A program made the position numbers and the translations under genes. The notes under the pieces were generated by a model. The model saw nothing but the letters and a program-made list of their open reading frames with translations, made no database searches and was not told the DNA's origin. Below, piece after piece: positions 1-10,737 of a stretch of DNA of 64,000 nt. Origin of the DNA: a virus (lineage: Duplodnaviria > Caudoviricetes); the IMG/VR virus record IMGVR_UViG_3300019874_000002, positions 54,720 to 118,719 of that record; one strand, given 5' to 3'. Position 1 is the stretch's first letter; each line of letters opens with the position of its first letter.

Positions 1-804
1 GCCGATCACGTTGACCGAATCTCCGACCCAATGGAGGTTATCACTGGCGAGTCGGAATCCAGACGTGTTGATCAGGGTGATATTCAAAGGAAACGCTGCC
101 GCTACAGAGTCCTGCGCGGCCTGGATCGTGGTCAGAAACGTCACTGCAGGAGCCTGCTCGTCAGGCGAGCGCAGCATAATGATCTTCGTTCCGGCTCCGT
201 ACTCAGCGAGAGTCGCGTTGACGCTCGTGGTCAAATTTGCGGCGCAATTAGAAGCGTTTGTTCCATTAAATCCGTCGTTGCCCCCCATATCCATAATTTG
301 ACCGCGAATCCGCCCACCCATCGCGGCTTCTTGCGCGTGGTTGGTTGTCACCGATTGCGTCCAAACATTGGGTCCCCCGCCAGGGCTTGTCGGATAGCTC
401 GCCCCAGGAGTCCATTGAAATGCGCCGCTGCCATTGACCGCGTTAGCCATCACCAAACCACACGCGTAGCCCGCGCGGATCATTTCATAGCCGAACGTCC
501 ATTGAAGTCCGGTATTGACTTGACCGGCCGGCGCATACGGACCGAGAACGGTAACGTTGGTCAACCAGTTGATCGGATCCGACGCTGCCTGTGCGAATCT
601 TTGAAAGTACGGAATCGACGGCAACGTCGTCATCACTGGGAATACCGGATCGCAACCGTTACCGGATGTCGCATCGCCGATTGCCTGGCCGATTCCGTTC
701 GAATCGGCTGGAAAAATGGAAAAGATCGGGAGAAGCGCAGCTCTCTTTAAGAATGCATCTGGATCGCTGAGCAACCCAAATCCATCATTTGAACTAATAA
801 TCAC
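1..804 (-). CDS. Tail-associated protein with SGNH/sialate O-acetylesterase-like domain (runs off the window edge)
   Basis: Not in ORF track. Translated by hand from GTG at 804 with AGGAG RBS at 811-815; frame open to base 1. SGNH-like blocks DSNGIG, MGGND, SDNLHW; lies downstream of fibre genes. Confidence 0.6.
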   Translation of the reverse strand, partial: MIISSNDGFGLLSDPDAFLKRAALLPIFSIFPADSNGIGQAIGDATSGNGCDPVFPVMTTLPSIPYFQRFAQAASDPINWLTNVTVLGPYAPAGQVNTGLQWTFGYEMIRAGYACGLVMANAVNGSGAFQWTPGASYPTSPGGGPNVWTQSVTTNHAQEAAMGGRIRGQIMDMGGNDGFNGTNASNCAANLTTSVNATLAEYGAGTKIIMLRSPDEQAPAVTFLTTIQAAQDSVAAAFPLNITLINTSGFRLASDNLHWVGDSVNVIG

Positions 805-816
805 GGTTGTCTCCTA

Positions 817-1254
817 TTAAACTAATACGAGAATTCCACCGGCTGAAAATTGCAAAACGTAGTCATTAGCTACCGGTGCAATCTTTGGCGTAGCGTCTAC
901 ACAGCAAATCAAACTACGCGTCGCATCGCTCACATTCTCCACGTAGACAATCACGGAATCAGCGACACCGCCTCCTAAACCGCTCCCTGTAAACGTAGCA
1001 GCTGGCCACGTTACATTGTCCGCGTCAAAAATTATGCGATTGAGCGTGTCGTTCTCCAATAGCGTCTTATTCGCAAGAACCTTTCGAGCATACCCAGAAC
1101 CGCTCAATTCAAACGCAACATCAGACACAAAGTTATGCGCCGCAGAAAACACGTAACCGCTATTTACGAGCAAAACTCTAATATCGGCTGTGTTCAACGC
1201 TAGTAAGCCGCTAGCGATTAAAAACTTACCTTTATTGTAGGTTCCTGTCGCCAT
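817..1254 (-). CDS. Small virion (distal tail) structural protein
   Basis: 145 aa, beta-rich, ELSGSGYARK...FDADNVTW pattern typical of small phage tail proteins; tail module position. Confidence 0.55.
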   Translation of the reverse strand: MATGTYNKGKFLIASGLLALNTADIRVLLVNSGYVFSAAHNFVSDVAFELSGSGYARKVLANKTLLENDTLNRIIFDADNVTWPAATFTGSGLGGGVADSVIVYVENVSDATRSLICCVDATPKIAPVANDYVLQFSAGGILVLV

Positions 1255-1257
1255 GGC

Positions 1258-1485
1258 TTACCTCTTTTCACAATCAAACACGTCGACGTCTGTATCGGAC
1301 TCCTTATCGTCATCCTCTTCATTTGAGGACTCGTCCGAATGCTCATCGAGTCTGATAAACGGATTAGTTCGTGCTCTCAATTCACGATTAGATAAGCTTT
1401 GACTGATCGCTTTAGCTTGTGCAATCACACGTTCGCGTGATGCCAAAACCTCGTCAGTTGCTCGTTTAGCACGATGGGTACTCAT
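1258..1485 (-). CDS. Hypothetical protein
   Basis: 75 aa, GGAG RBS, tightly packed in operon. Confidence 0.45.
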   Translation of the reverse strand: MSTHRAKRATDEVLASRERVIAQAKAISQSLSNRELRARTNPFIRLDEHSDESSNEEDDDKESDTDVDVFDCEKR

Positions 1486-1496
1486 TTTACCGCTCC

Positions 1497-1949
1497 CTAT
1501 TTGACAAGTTTATCGTGAAGCTTTGCGAGCATTGTCGAAAGATCTTCATTTGATTCTTGATACTGATGCGCTATTCTTTCAATGAACACCGTCATTTCTC
1601 GACGGATATCGTCTTCTCGCTTCCTCCCAGCGTCGCGTTCTTGAACCAATTGATGGCTGTAGCCCTCCAACGTCTCTTTATTTCGACGCTCGTAGTCAGC
1701 CTTCATCGTCTCTTTTTCAGTTTTGCACGCCTCTAAGCACTTAGCATTATCTGCTTTGAGTGCTTCACGCTCGGCTGCCCAAATCTTTCGCTCGGCCTCC
1801 ATCTTCGTACGATCGTCTTTCCCTTCACGATAGAGAAAACGGATCACCAATCCAAAAACGACAGCAACCAAGCCGACAATACCGTAGCGCAAGACTTCGC
1901 CTACGATTGACGTCTCTAAACCACCGGATGGGATTGGTTCCATAATCAT
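1497..1949 (-). CDS. Membrane protein, single TM plus coiled coil (holin-like)
   Basis: TM segment YGIVGLVAVVFGLVIRFLY followed by charged heptad region. Confidence 0.5.
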   Translation of the reverse strand: MIMEPIPSGGLETSIVGEVLRYGIVGLVAVVFGLVIRFLYREGKDDRTKMEAERKIWAAEREALKADNAKCLEACKTEKETMKADYERRNKETLEGYSHQLVQERDAGRKREDDIRREMTVFIERIAHQYQESNEDLSTMLAKLHDKLVK

Positions 1950-1955
1950 TTCGCT

Positions 1956-2294
1956 TTACGCAGCTACGCCAATGATATCCCAAGCTGGTGTTCCAACCCC
2001 AGCTTGAATACTAATTGAATGCACAATCGCCTTGTCAATCTTCAATGTCTCCCCGCCCTTCAATGTTACCTGCGCTGCAGCACGATTAATTCTAACGAGT
2101 AGGGTATTTGTCGCTACTGCATCTTTATTACTAATCCTCGTCTCACGTAAGTACGTCGCGCGAGCTTTTGGCGTAGGCGCAGTGCCATTTGAATTTGGTG
2201 CACCTTTACGCCATGGAGACAAGATCGCTACAAAAGTCTCTGTAGCCGACGACGTGCCAGACATCGTTGTAGGATAACCGGTACCACCGCTCAT
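1956..2294 (-). CDS. Hypothetical virion protein
   Basis: 112 aa, AGGAG RBS, in tail operon. Confidence 0.5.
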   Translation of the reverse strand: MSGGTGYPTTMSGTSSATETFVAILSPWRKGAPNSNGTAPTPKARATYLRETRISNKDAVATNTLLVRINRAAAQVTLKGGETLKIDKAIVHSISIQAGVGTPAWDIIGVAA

Positions 2295-2305
2295 ATTAAA
2301 CTCCT

Positions 2306-4363
2306 TTACAGATTATCGCCATCGAGAAGGTGATTGAAGACTCGCCGAACACGTCCAACGCTGTAATTAAACGGACCGCCGTTTAAGCTTGTATTCCCAA
2401 TATGAAAATAAGGTCTAATAACGTCATTGAGGGGAAGCGCTGCGCTGATAACGTCGGCCACCTTTACACCGTTTAGATAACCGCGGATTCTAAACGAGCC
2501 TACCCCAGACGTCGACGTATTCGCTCCATTAATCTCCAAACGCATTCTGTACGTTGTATTTTGCGCTACCGCAACACCCGTATCGGTGTCTACCGTTGAT
2601 AAACCTCCAATCCCGACCACTCTCAGTTGCCAATTTGCTGTTGTGTTGGAATTGAAAAAGTAAATAAAACTTGTTCCAGCTCCACCATCATTATTCTGAA
2701 CACCCAAAGCAAAATTTCTATTGTTAACAGCAGCTGTAATCGCCTGGAGATTAACCATCCACTCTTGGACGTAACTAACATTACCGTTCATCAAGCATTC
2801 GTACAGCTCCGTCGTCATTGCCTTGACGCCGGAAAAACTTGCAGATCCTGGCGTCAACAGGGAGAAACAAGCTTGATTCAAACTTGCTGTAGGAGATGAG
2901 CTATACGTGCGTTCTACAGCTGGACCTGGAGTAACCAATTCCGTGGACAATAGCCCTGTAAATATCCACCCTGGAGGATCCACAATTACTTGCATTGTAA
3001 TCAAACTAATCTGATTAACTCCCGTGACCGGAACAGCTTCCATCGTAACTTCTAGCGATTGACCTTGCTGTATCGAAAGCTGATTAATCGATCCGCCAAA
3101 CGGTATTGAATGCACAACGTTTCCGGTTACACCGTCGTTATCGATGAACATAATCTGATTTTTCAAAAGTGGTACTGATGTTCTTGCATAAACACGATAC
3201 CTAATAAAATCTGTGCCCACTGTCCGGTTTACATTTGCAGCCATTATCAGGAGAGAAAAACCTTTTTCCGTCTGTGGTACCAAACCAATCCCATAGATTT
3301 GACCTGTCGCATTTAAGGTCAATGCTTCCTTATCCGCCGCAATGTTGAAACCGCCGCCAGCGCCACCAACAAGTGCAGCTCCAAACGTCGTATAGCACCA
3401 TGTACGTGTCGCTGGAACGCACCAAGCCTCATCCAACTCAGTTACAGCACCCATTCGATAACCGTTATGGTCTATGACTGACCGTCTCTTTAGGTTCCAG
3501 CTTCTCCAAACTGTAATTGGCGTAGTCGTACTCTCACCAGGCGAATCAAATAATGCATCTATGCCTACGGACGGCGAAGAATACGCTTGAAAATTATTCG
3601 CTGCCGACGGCACGACATTTCTGGAACCCCTCCACCCTAATTGTCCAATTTGATACAACGCTGCATTTACTAGCTCGCGCAATGACGCCTGTGATCCAGT
3701 CACTGTTGTTGCACCAACTGTCGTCCCTGTGTTCGCCGTCGGCAGTGTTGTAGGCACAGTCACAGTTTCCAACGTATTTGCTGCCGGCGTAAACGCCACG
3801 ACACCGCCAGTATTGGTGCAGATTCCTAGAAACAGCAAAGACCTCGTAACTCCGGAAACAACGTCCTCCGCAACAACTGTTCCAGCAACACCAGCGCGAA
3901 CGTACAAATTGCACGTTTGGCGAGAAGCAACATTAATTGCCTGCACAAATTCAGTGAATGGTGTAGTTGCTGGGATAAACCGACGCACCTGAGGATTCTC
4001 AGTAACGTCTGCCATATACGCATAAACCTGCTGGCTAGACCCACCGGCAGGAATTGCGACGGACAAAGTGGTCCCAGCCGGTTTAAGAACCAAACCTCCG
4101 TTCGCGTCCAGTCCAACAAACACAACCGTATCAATTCTGAACAAGCCGTCCGAACCACTGGTTGGATTTATCGTCAGTGATCCAGACCATCGCTCGCCAG
4201 TCGGTAAACCTACCGTCGCTTTTGGCGAAGACACTAATGCGCGCTGCATTCCCTCGAGACCAGATTGCGCAGTCACAGCAAGCGCCAAAAAATCTACGAG
4301 ATCAAACCGCTCGTTTGAATCTGCGCGAGGTTTCGTGCCTAATACTTTATCACCAGCAGCCAT
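2306..4363 (-). CDS. Tail fibre / receptor-binding protein with C-terminal lectin-like beta domain
   Basis: 685 aa, Thr/Gly/Val-rich, C-terminal TDTGVAV...YRMRLEI...GYLNGVKVA pattern; follows baseplate genes. Confidence 0.55.
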   Translation of the reverse strand: MAAGDKVLGTKPRADSNERFDLVDFLALAVTAQSGLEGMQRALVSSPKATVGLPTGERWSGSLTINPTSGSDGLFRIDTVVFVGLDANGGLVLKPAGTTLSVAIPAGGSSQQVYAYMADVTENPQVRRFIPATTPFTEFVQAINVASRQTCNLYVRAGVAGTVVAEDVVSGVTRSLLFLGICTNTGGVVAFTPAANTLETVTVPTTLPTANTGTTVGATTVTGSQASLRELVNAALYQIGQLGWRGSRNVVPSAANNFQAYSSPSVGIDALFDSPGESTTTPITVWRSWNLKRRSVIDHNGYRMGAVTELDEAWCVPATRTWCYTTFGAALVGGAGGGFNIAADKEALTLNATGQIYGIGLVPQTEKGFSLLIMAANVNRTVGTDFIRYRVYARTSVPLLKNQIMFIDNDGVTGNVVHSIPFGGSINQLSIQQGQSLEVTMEAVPVTGVNQISLITMQVIVDPPGWIFTGLLSTELVTPGPAVERTYSSSPTASLNQACFSLLTPGSASFSGVKAMTTELYECLMNGNVSYVQEWMVNLQAITAAVNNRNFALGVQNNDGGAGTSFIYFFNSNTTANWQLRVVGIGGLSTVDTDTGVAVAQNTTYRMRLEINGANTSTSGVGSFRIRGYLNGVKVADVISAALPLNDVIRPYFHIGNTSLNGGPFNYSVGRVRRVFNHLLDGDNL

Positions 4364-4375
4364 ATCTGATCTCCT

Positions 4376-6157
4376 TCACAGAACCTCTTTACGGAGTATT
4401 ACCCCTGCTGCACGCACGAAATTATCAAAGTAAAACGAAAAAATGTCAAGCCTTCCCTGACCATACAAGTACACAAGTTGACTCGTCGGAGGATTCAAAC
4501 CTCCCCCAGCCACGGATGCACTCGCCAACATGAAGTCACCAAGAAACGATGACACTTCTGGGATATCAATATAAAATTGATAATTTCCAGCTGTAACCGC
4601 CCCAGACAACACCAACGTGTTCACCTTCGTAGAAGTGACATACGATGCAGATGATATCGTAAACGATGTCCACACGCCACCAATGAAGGCTCTCAATGTC
4701 AATCCCACCAAAGTCACTGCAGCAAGGCGAGCGTCCGTTCCTACAAATGTAATTGTTGTTGTCCCCACAGCCGTCAACGTCCCTGGATAACCGTGCAGGT
4801 AGCTCGCGATAGCAGGATTTCCAGCAATCAAAAGCACTGGGCACTCGAATATAAATTCGTTCGGATTAACCTCGTAAATCTTCCACGAGACTCCAATCGA
4901 CGCTTGCAAATCGGCCTGTGTCCCAAAAATCGCCTCTGCTAGCCGATACGTCACAAGCAATGGTGTCTTAGGCAACCACGATAGAATCTGACCAATGCTT
5001 CGGTATAGCTCATCATCAAATGGTGATTGTGGAGGTCTTGGCACACCAAAATTTGAACCCAGCCTAGTCAGATGCTGACCTTGTGCTGAATCCCAAAACA
5101 TTGTGTTTCTCGCCTGCTCTATTGCGCTGATGTCTTGCGAATGAAAAAGCGATTGAGCAAAATTGTACATCGCAGAATCCATCCGGCCAATCAGACCGAA
5201 CGCTGCGCCCAAACCTGTTGCAATAAACATTGCTGCGCAAAAAATCCCAGCCCCGCCGAGCGCTACCCCAAACCCTTGAAAAACACCGACGTTTGCCAAT
5301 GAGCTAGAAAATGAAGCTGATGCGCTAATTGAAAAGTGTCCAGACATCGTGCGAAAGCTAGTTTTTATTTTCTGTGCTGCACGGTCTACGACAGCTAAAA
5401 CTATCACCCATTCACCAGCAGGGACTACGTCAGTTGTCACAACTGACGTCGGCACTCCGCCTGATTGGACTAAAAATTTCAGTTTGTTCGCATTCACGCC
5501 ACCGGTCACAAAATCATACCCATTACCTCCACCAGTGCTCTTATTGCAAAATCTTGCAGAACCACTCACTCCGCCGTGCGACGTCACCTTGACAACAGCC
5601 ATCATCGCAAAATCGTCTGCCGCACCTACGTCGAACGTTCCAGCTGTCCCGATAAACGAGGCGTTTGTCGAGTCTGGCGTCTGCGCAAATACACCAATCG
5701 CTGTGTCCACTGTGTTCGGAGATAACGGACCAGGCAATCCGTAAATCGCGTTACCAGTAGACCTTGTCAGCGGCACTCCACCAAATATCGGCTGCAAATC
5801 ACCAGAAACCTCATTACACAGCCACCCAAAACCCCACGAACCAAACCCAACAGCTGAATTCATTGCCTGACTGGATAAAGGATACAATCCTCCAATGCCT
5901 AAACCACCAATCGTGGTTTCACCTCTGAAATTATCCTTCCCAAACAATCCTCCAATATTGTTACCACTCTCTCCGATGCACGCTAATCGCTTAGCCCACC
6001 CACTCTCACGATCTCTTCGATACGCTGGAGGAAGTGATTCGCGTAAAACGATTGATTTGTACAAATCTCGCGCATCGCTAGAACCACCACCAGTGACTGC
6101 AGCACTCTCGGACGCCGGTCCGGAGGTCTCGCTGAGCAAATGAAGAATTCTTGACAT
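4376..6157 (-). CDS. Baseplate wedge protein with inserted LamG/ConA-like domain
   Basis: AQGQHLTRLGSNFGVPR...DDELYR and C-terminal VRAAGV are wedge-protein motifs; GEWVIVLAVVDR is LamG-like; directly follows baseplate J. Confidence 0.6.
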   Translation of the reverse strand: MSRILHLLSETSGPASESAAVTGGGSSDARDLYKSIVLRESLPPAYRRDRESGWAKRLACIGESGNNIGGLFGKDNFRGETTIGGLGIGGLYPLSSQAMNSAVGFGSWGFGWLCNEVSGDLQPIFGGVPLTRSTGNAIYGLPGPLSPNTVDTAIGVFAQTPDSTNASFIGTAGTFDVGAADDFAMMAVVKVTSHGGVSGSARFCNKSTGGGNGYDFVTGGVNANKLKFLVQSGGVPTSVVTTDVVPAGEWVIVLAVVDRAAQKIKTSFRTMSGHFSISASASFSSSLANVGVFQGFGVALGGAGIFCAAMFIATGLGAAFGLIGRMDSAMYNFAQSLFHSQDISAIEQARNTMFWDSAQGQHLTRLGSNFGVPRPPQSPFDDELYRSIGQILSWLPKTPLLVTYRLAEAIFGTQADLQASIGVSWKIYEVNPNEFIFECPVLLIAGNPAIASYLHGYPGTLTAVGTTTITFVGTDARLAAVTLVGLTLRAFIGGVWTSFTISSASYVTSTKVNTLVLSGAVTAGNYQFYIDIPEVSSFLGDFMLASASVAGGGLNPPTSQLVYLYGQGRLDIFSFYFDNFVRAAGVILRKEVL

Positions 6158-8259
6158 TACGCAATCACCACATCGGAAGCATTCATCCGCGCAATCTGAC
6201 CATCGAGAACGCTGAAATTAGCTGCTGGAGACAAAACTCTGCAATCAGCGACACCAGGCACTGATTTAACAAGCCTTATAACCTCTGAAAGCAGCACTGC
6301 TTTGCCCATACCCAATCCGTTAACATACGCTTGCACCACGCTCTGAACCGTCGATGCGAGCGCAGCATCCGCCACACCTGACACAGAGACAACTTGGATA
6401 ACGATCGTCGGAGTTACCACCGTCGGAATAACAACTTTACATTGCGTACCTAATGAGCGAATCCCTGGAAAATTATCCAAATCGGTCTTGTCGCCATTCA
6501 CCAAGCGCTGAGCATATGCAGCGAGCCCCCTAGAGTACGTGTAAGCACCCACAGAACCCAGCGCATTATCGTCAGCGGCAATGAGAGAATCGTGAATCCC
6601 TAAAGCTACGGTCAATTCCAAATCACCATTTGATTGATTAAAAATGTAATCGGTGTCAGGAATCAGAGGATCGTTTGCAAAATTAAAAATCGCATACGAC
6701 CCAAAGGCTGGAGTAGCTCCGATCGCAGACAGCGTCAATCTAATAACAGAATTGCTCACAATTGAATAGAACTGATCATCGCCTGCTTTCATCACAAAAC
6801 CAGCCCACTGATTCACAGTCCACACTTTGGACGAATCCTCGAGAAAATTGGCACCGACCAAAGTCGCGACACCGCTCCCATTCGTCTCACTCTTGAAAAG
6901 TCTCGGCGTTCTTTGAGCAGCTGGCGATTGCACCTTGAAAAACGGGCCGTACGCATGAAGGCTTGACCTTCGATCTCCAATCCTAGCGTCAGAGATCAAT
7001 ACGTCGCGCCCAGTCTTTATCTCTGAATCAATTGTAAACGTCGCTGTGCCGTCTGAAATATACAGCAACGATTGCCCAGGAGCCACAGGCTCTACCGTCT
7101 CAGCGAAAGCGATGATCCGATTGCTAAACGGATCCTGCTGTCCTGCGACTAACGTCTCAATCGAGAGAGCTGTACCTCGGCTCAAGCTTTGAATGAATGA
7201 AGAAATCCTGTTGTTGTATGTATCATCATCTTCGCGGTCTGTGCCACGTGTTGCGGCATTTGGGTTTGTAATTGTCGCATTGGCGAATGGCTCGGACTGC
7301 CATTGCGTTATCGTGTTAGACCCTACTTTAGTCTGAACACCAGCAGCATCAGACTCCATATTAATCAATCCAGTTACCAATTCCCCATCGAATAGAAATG
7401 CTGTCGCTCCAACCGTTCTAAACAGAACCCTGGTTGACGAAGCTGACTCAGGCACAAAGCCAATCGTTCCAGATGCGATAGGTCGGTCAGACCCAAAAGT
7501 TGACAGTGTCACGTCTGAATTGATTGCGTGTGCAAACGTCGTCAACGCACCCAAGGTCAATACTGTGCCGACACGTGTAAACGTCCTCAGCTCTCTACGA
7601 ACCGTGTCTCGCTCAAAGATTACGGATCCTGACAACGGCCAATCTCCTTCAGTTCCAGAGAGGATCTGACAGGAGCCAGCAGCAACGCCTATCGCAACAG
7701 TGATAACAGATTTAGTAGCTGTCGTTTCTACGGAACCAACCTGCAAATGAGGATTACGCAAACCAGTTGACGGAACCACAACTGTAAAAATCACGCCGAC
7801 TCTCGTATAGGTTATCGATTCCTCGCGCAGCGTACCTCGCTCAATAATCAATGATCCTGACGCTGGCCATCCAGTTGCGTCAGTAACAGAGAATGAAGTG
7901 ATTCCCTGGACTGTGTCCGCACCCATGAGCGCTGTTTTCCTCGTCGACCCATCGCCAACAACAATTTGAGTAATGCTCGTTTGTGCCTTCCTACGTCGCA
8001 TTGTCGAAAATACAACGGACCCAAAATCCTCAGCACGACGGTCTAAGTCATCACCTTTACAATTGCCTCGGAAAAACAAATCAACAAGCTTCCCAATTTG
8101 AACGTATTCGTCCGCATGCTGCAATGCGGATGCTTCAAGCTGCGTTCTGTCGAGAGAGCCAACATTCAAATCAGTATCAGGCCCAAGCTGCGCTCGATGC
8201 GTCGCAAACATCTGCGCTTGAATCTCAGCCTTAGTTTTTACACGAAACGCAGTAGGCAT
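6157..8259 (-). CDS. Baseplate J-like protein
   Basis: TDLNVGSLDR, GDDLDRRA, TNPNAATRGTDREDDDTY...SLSRGT, YVNGLGMG...VPGVAD motifs. Confidence 0.85.
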   Translation of the reverse strand: MPTAFRVKTKAEIQAQMFATHRAQLGPDTDLNVGSLDRTQLEASALQHADEYVQIGKLVDLFFRGNCKGDDLDRRAEDFGSVVFSTMRRRKAQTSITQIVVGDGSTRKTALMGADTVQGITSFSVTDATGWPASGSLIIERGTLREESITYTRVGVIFTVVVPSTGLRNPHLQVGSVETTATKSVITVAIGVAAGSCQILSGTEGDWPLSGSVIFERDTVRRELRTFTRVGTVLTLGALTTFAHAINSDVTLSTFGSDRPIASGTIGFVPESASSTRVLFRTVGATAFLFDGELVTGLINMESDAAGVQTKVGSNTITQWQSEPFANATITNPNAATRGTDREDDDTYNNRISSFIQSLSRGTALSIETLVAGQQDPFSNRIIAFAETVEPVAPGQSLLYISDGTATFTIDSEIKTGRDVLISDARIGDRRSSLHAYGPFFKVQSPAAQRTPRLFKSETNGSGVATLVGANFLEDSSKVWTVNQWAGFVMKAGDDQFYSIVSNSVIRLTLSAIGATPAFGSYAIFNFANDPLIPDTDYIFNQSNGDLELTVALGIHDSLIAADDNALGSVGAYTYSRGLAAYAQRLVNGDKTDLDNFPGIRSLGTQCKVVIPTVVTPTIVIQVVSVSGVADAALASTVQSVVQAYVNGLGMGKAVLLSEVIRLVKSVPGVADCRVLSPAANFSVLDGQIARMNASDVVIA

Positions 8260-8275
8260 CTTGTCACCTTTTGAC

Positions 8276-10450
8276 TCACGAAAGCGGAATTCTAAAAAAC
8301 AATGTCTGCTGTGTCCTCACAGGTCTGGCAAAAAACTCAAAAAACAACGCTGTTCCTATATACGTAACCGACGAGCGTTCAATCGACGAAATGCGTGGAT
8401 CAGCTAGTAGAGATTGGCGAACATAAAACACATACATTGCTGCAGCATTTGGCTCAAATGGCCGACCTATAATATCTGACGTTCCGTATTCAGGGTTTGA
8501 TTTATTGGAACCTCGTGTCGTTTGCAAACACAACGCAATCGCTTGCTCCAAATTCTCCAATCCAGACACCGTCTGCGTTTGATTGCGCGGACCAAACACC
8601 ACATCAATCAAACCTTGAGAAAACGTTGCCAGCATATCAACGCCAAAAGCTACCGTCTCTGGTGTTGATGGTCTGCGCAATGGGAGCATATCCAATCGCA
8701 ATTCAAACGCATCTCCCACCGCAGGCGAAGATGCGTACGTCCTATTAACTGTCAACGTATTGACGTCATTTGCAACAACGATACGCTTTTGTCCTAGCAA
8801 CGCTCCACTCGTAAACTCCAGCGTAAACCCAACCCACATGTCCGATCGCCAGGGGTTTTTAATGGAATCGTTATTGGCAAAAACAGCATCAAGGTCGGTC
8901 AACGCTACAACGATGCTACCGCTAACCGTAGCTGAGGATCCGTCCAACGGAATGGCCGTACTCAGTGACACAGCATCCTGTGTCGAAGGAACAAAGATCT
9001 GCTCTCCCCACGCAATCGTTCCAAAAGGTTTATTTCTCTTATCAGAGACAATGAACGGCGCCCGCAATTGGTTTGCAATCACCAATTCCACGAAGCGCCG
9101 TGCGTCACCAAGAACCCTCTGCGCAACATCAAATATTGTCTCTCCGGTCAAAACGAATTCTGCTCTCAGAGCAGACATCGCGACCATTTGCTCGATGTCC
9201 CCCACCAAGCTTAACCCAGACGTTCCAATAAATGGACTCACCGCCGGAGAACCGGATACGTCGCTTTCTTGAAAGAAATTACTTTTGACACCTTGAACCG
9301 CACGAGGCTGGGTGTATTTTTTATTCTCATCCGCAAATTCTTGCCCTGGCGTAGATCCATACGTCGCCAAATGGTGAGACACCAAGCCTTCCGTTAAAAA
9401 CCTCGTCTCAAGGATCCACTCATTGACATCCGCCCTAAAGGCTTCTGGTGTTACACCAGTATACGAGTCTTCCAAACCGATTAGCGCACTGTATACTTGT
9501 TTGTACAAATTCAACGGTACGTCCAAGACAGCGCGGCGAATTGACGCTACGTCTGCAAAAAACGATTGGACCTTCGTAATCGCGGTAATGACTCCTTGCA
9601 GCTTCAACGTAAGAACACCGGTGCTAAACCGTTGCACAAAGCCCTTTGCGCTAGCCGCAAGCTGCACCAAACGTGTAATCGCTTTACCAGCTACTGAATC
9701 GAGAGAGGTGCTCACTGGGTTACGCAGCTGCTTCAATGCGTCGCTCCCACGGTCTCTATCACCTACGCCCAAAGACCTAGCGTCACTCCCTTGATTCAAT
9801 GCTTGAACACGTTTCTGAGACGGCTCTATGCAATCAAATGCGATATCATAATTGTAACCAAACCTCGTCCGATCCATTCTGAAATGCTTCAATTCTATCA
9901 TCCAAAATTCATCACCTTTGAAATCCAAATAGTGCAATTGGATGTTTTTCCCAGCGCGCCTCTCTGCCATAAATTGCCGAAATAGCCTGCGAAGATGATA
10001 AAACTCGTAAAATCCAGACTGCTTCTCTCGCTGGCGCAATGCTAATCCAAGGTTCAGATTGCTCTGATCGTTCGTCTGGCTAATCGTTGGACCTTGCATG
10101 TGCGTCGCGTACGGTGCAATTGGAGGCAAAAGACCTGTGGTGCCTCTAATAGCTACTGATTTAATCAAGCCTCCTCGTGACTCGACAAACTTTCCTCCAC
10201 CTTGTGAAAAAGCCGTATCCGTTGCTACAGGCTCGTCAAATGAAATCGATTGAGGATTCAAATTCAAAAGATGGATGTCATCTGGCTGCGGATTTCCAAA
10301 TCCTGTTTTTCCGCTCTGGTTCGGCGCAGCATTGCCACTGTAATCAACCGTAGCTGAGCGATCCAATAGAAAGCCATACGCAAACGTTTGCGCCGCCCAA
10401 TTTTCAAGGGGCGGCATCTTCGTGGTTTGATCATCGCTATTATCAGCCAT
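8276..10450 (-). CDS. Baseplate protein (tube-initiator-like N-terminus, LysM-like segment, gp25/GPW-like C-terminus)
   Basis: LNPQSISFDEP; GETIFDVAQRVLGDARRFVELVIANQL (LysM-like); GLENLEQAI...PEYG...LLADPRI (gp25-like). Confidence 0.65.
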   Translation of the reverse strand: MADNSDDQTTKMPPLENWAAQTFAYGFLLDRSATVDYSGNAAPNQSGKTGFGNPQPDDIHLLNLNPQSISFDEPVATDTAFSQGGGKFVESRGGLIKSVAIRGTTGLLPPIAPYATHMQGPTISQTNDQSNLNLGLALRQREKQSGFYEFYHLRRLFRQFMAERRAGKNIQLHYLDFKGDEFWMIELKHFRMDRTRFGYNYDIAFDCIEPSQKRVQALNQGSDARSLGVGDRDRGSDALKQLRNPVSTSLDSVAGKAITRLVQLAASAKGFVQRFSTGVLTLKLQGVITAITKVQSFFADVASIRRAVLDVPLNLYKQVYSALIGLEDSYTGVTPEAFRADVNEWILETRFLTEGLVSHHLATYGSTPGQEFADENKKYTQPRAVQGVKSNFFQESDVSGSPAVSPFIGTSGLSLVGDIEQMVAMSALRAEFVLTGETIFDVAQRVLGDARRFVELVIANQLRAPFIVSDKRNKPFGTIAWGEQIFVPSTQDAVSLSTAIPLDGSSATVSGSIVVALTDLDAVFANNDSIKNPWRSDMWVGFTLEFTSGALLGQKRIVVANDVNTLTVNRTYASSPAVGDAFELRLDMLPLRRPSTPETVAFGVDMLATFSQGLIDVVFGPRNQTQTVSGLENLEQAIALCLQTTRGSNKSNPEYGTSDIIGRPFEPNAAAMYVFYVRQSLLADPRISSIERSSVTYIGTALFFEFFARPVRTQQTLFFRIPLS

Positions 10451-10453
10451 ACG

Positions 10454-10735
10454 TCACACGATTGTTCCGGTACCGGTTCCGGTGCCTGGACCAGACAAAC
10501 CGAGACCTGTCGTTACTCCAGATACAGCAATCACAGCAACAGAGCTGTTCACAATAGCGAACGTCTGAATGTGGAGCACAATAGCTCCGCACATCGCTTC
10601 CATCATTTGTATTCTATACGCGCTCAATTTAGCGTCAATACTATCCTGAGATTCACCTGGAGATATGGACGGCTTAGCGACAGCATCAACTGCCTCAATA
10701 ACCTGCTGACCCATGATATTACCGTCCATCGCCAT
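10454..10735 (-). CDS. Small baseplate/spike-associated protein
   Basis: Likely start ATG 10735 just after the upstream stop; ends GTGTGTGTIV. Confidence 0.5.
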   Translation of the reverse strand: MAMDGNIMGQQVIEAVDAVAKPSISPGESQDSIDAKLSAYRIQMMEAMCGAIVLHIQTFAIVNSSVAVIAVSGVTTGLGLSGPGTGTGTGTIV

Positions 10736-10737
10736 AG

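Noticed and set aside
31-750. 239-aa plus-strand ORF
   Set aside because: Shadow of the minus-strand SGNH-like gene, which has an RBS and catalytic motifs.
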